Shown: piece by piece, positions 24,929 to 25,516 of the stretch
Layout of the letters: each line of letters opens with the position of its first letter
Position numbering within the stretch: the first letter of the stretch is position 1
Virus record (IMG/VR): IMGVR_UViG_3300008255_000444
Location: 1 to 25,516 of that record
Reading direction: 5' to 3' (one strand)
Source of the DNA: a virus
Taxonomy: Duplodnaviria > Caudoviricetes
DNA: 25,516 nucleotides
Program-made: the position numbers and the translations under genes
Notes under the pieces: model-generated
What the model was told of the DNA's origin: nothing
The model's database searches: none
The model's input: the letters and a program-made list of their open reading frames with translations, nothing else

Positions 24929-25397
24929 CCGTCTCTGCCAGCTCCCCGAGAACGTCAATGATCGCCGCCCTGATGACTGCCTCCGCCTCGGCCGGGCTTG
25001 CCGCCTGAACCGCCATCGCCGCCGCCTTGACCGGGATCGCCAGGAGCCGGGATCTGACGCGCGCGAAGGCGCTTGTCACCGCCGCGTCCACGTCGCCGCG
25101 GATCAACAGCTCGCCGCGGCGGACCTCGTTCTCCATCTCGATCCGGTCGGCCTGCTCCTTGGCGAGTCGCGCCCGCTCGTTCACGAGCCCGCTCTCCCCG
25201 TCGTCGCCCTGCCGCCCCGCCGCCTGCTCGCGCAGCCGCGCGCAGTAGGCCTGGACCGCGTCGGGCAGCGCATACTTGCCGCGCCCGTTGTCAGGGATCA
25301 CCCCGGCGTCGCGCAGCTCCCGCACACGTCGCTCCGATATCCCGACAAGCTCGCCGAGCTTGATCCCCGTCATCACATACCGCGGCGCATCGCCCAT
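24843..25397 (-). CDS. terS: Terminase small subunit, Nu1-like (N-terminal winged HTH)
   Basis: LGELVGISERRVRELRDAGVIP, YALPDAVQAY, ERARLAKEQADRIEMENEVRRGELL. Confidence 0.9.
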   Translation of the reverse strand: MGDAPRYVMTGIKLGELVGISERRVRELRDAGVIPDNGRGKYALPDAVQAYCARLREQAAGRQGDDGESGLVNERARLAKEQADRIEMENEVRRGELLIRGDVDAAVTSAFARVRSRLLAIPVKAAAMAVQAASPAEAEAVIRAAIIDVLGELAETDVEKLGGDDQNVVAGADAAARPLDQRVG

Positions 25398-25474
25398 TTT
25401 CCGGAACCCCTTGACGCAGAGACGATGGACGAACCCGCCGCCCCGAGCTACGATCCGGCGGCGGAATCCCCTAG

Positions 25475-25487
25475 CAACCCCCTGATT
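25475..25487 (-). promoter_or_regulatory. IHF consensus site in the putative cos/packaging region
   Basis: Minus strand AATCAGGGGGTTG matches WATCARNNNNTTR, with an AT-rich 5' flank, ~80 nt upstream of terS. Confidence 0.5.
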
Positions 25488-25516
25488 CTAAACAACTAAC
25501 AAGGTTCGAATATACC

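Larger units (their letters stand above)
1..25516. mobile_element. Siphovirus/prophage genome segment (accessory arm plus late structural and lysis operon); no integrase or att site visible in the window
   Basis: Canonical terminase-portal-protease/capsid-tail-tape measure-tip-lysis order on the - strand; typical phage accessory genes on the + strand. Confidence 0.97.

Noticed and set aside
1-25516. Bona fide gene transfer agent cluster
   Set aside because: Lambda-type terminase and portal, accessory early genes, methylase and linked lysis cassette indicate a true phage with some GTA-like modules
1-25516. CRISPR array or tandem repeats (many GCC/GGC runs)
   Set aside because: Runs are Ala/Gly codon stretches; no repeat-spacer periodicity observed

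Overview
The whole window is a segment of a very GC-rich siphovirus or prophage, probably from an alphaproteobacterial (Rhodobacterales-like) host. Positions 1-3250 (+) hold a translationally coupled accessory operon: small hypotheticals, DUF5131/Gp37-Gp68, DUF4326 and ASCH. Positions ~3060-25400 (-) hold the late operon. It runs: lambda-type small and large terminase, gpW, portal, ClpP-protease/major-capsid fusion, DUF2190, head-tail joining and tail terminator proteins, TP901-1-type tail tube, G/GT chaperones with a -1 slippery site, tape measure, tail-tip module, lysis cassette, and a truncated D12/Dam methyltransferase. The most notable element is an RcGTA-type head-spike base gene (rcc01079/ghsA-like). 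It is coupled to a 1188-aa protein with beta-helix, SGNH-esterase-like and lectin-like modules in the position of the head-spike fibre gene, and that gene has a G10 tract at its 5' end. This suggests a possibly phase-variable, capsid-mounted polysaccharide depolymerase. Also seen: an internal start with a perfect SD inside the protease-capsid gene, two structured intergenic RNA candidates flanking the lysis cassette, an apparent deletion scar where the two operons meet, and an IHF-consensus site upstream of terS. All family calls come from motif recognition by eye; no searches were run.
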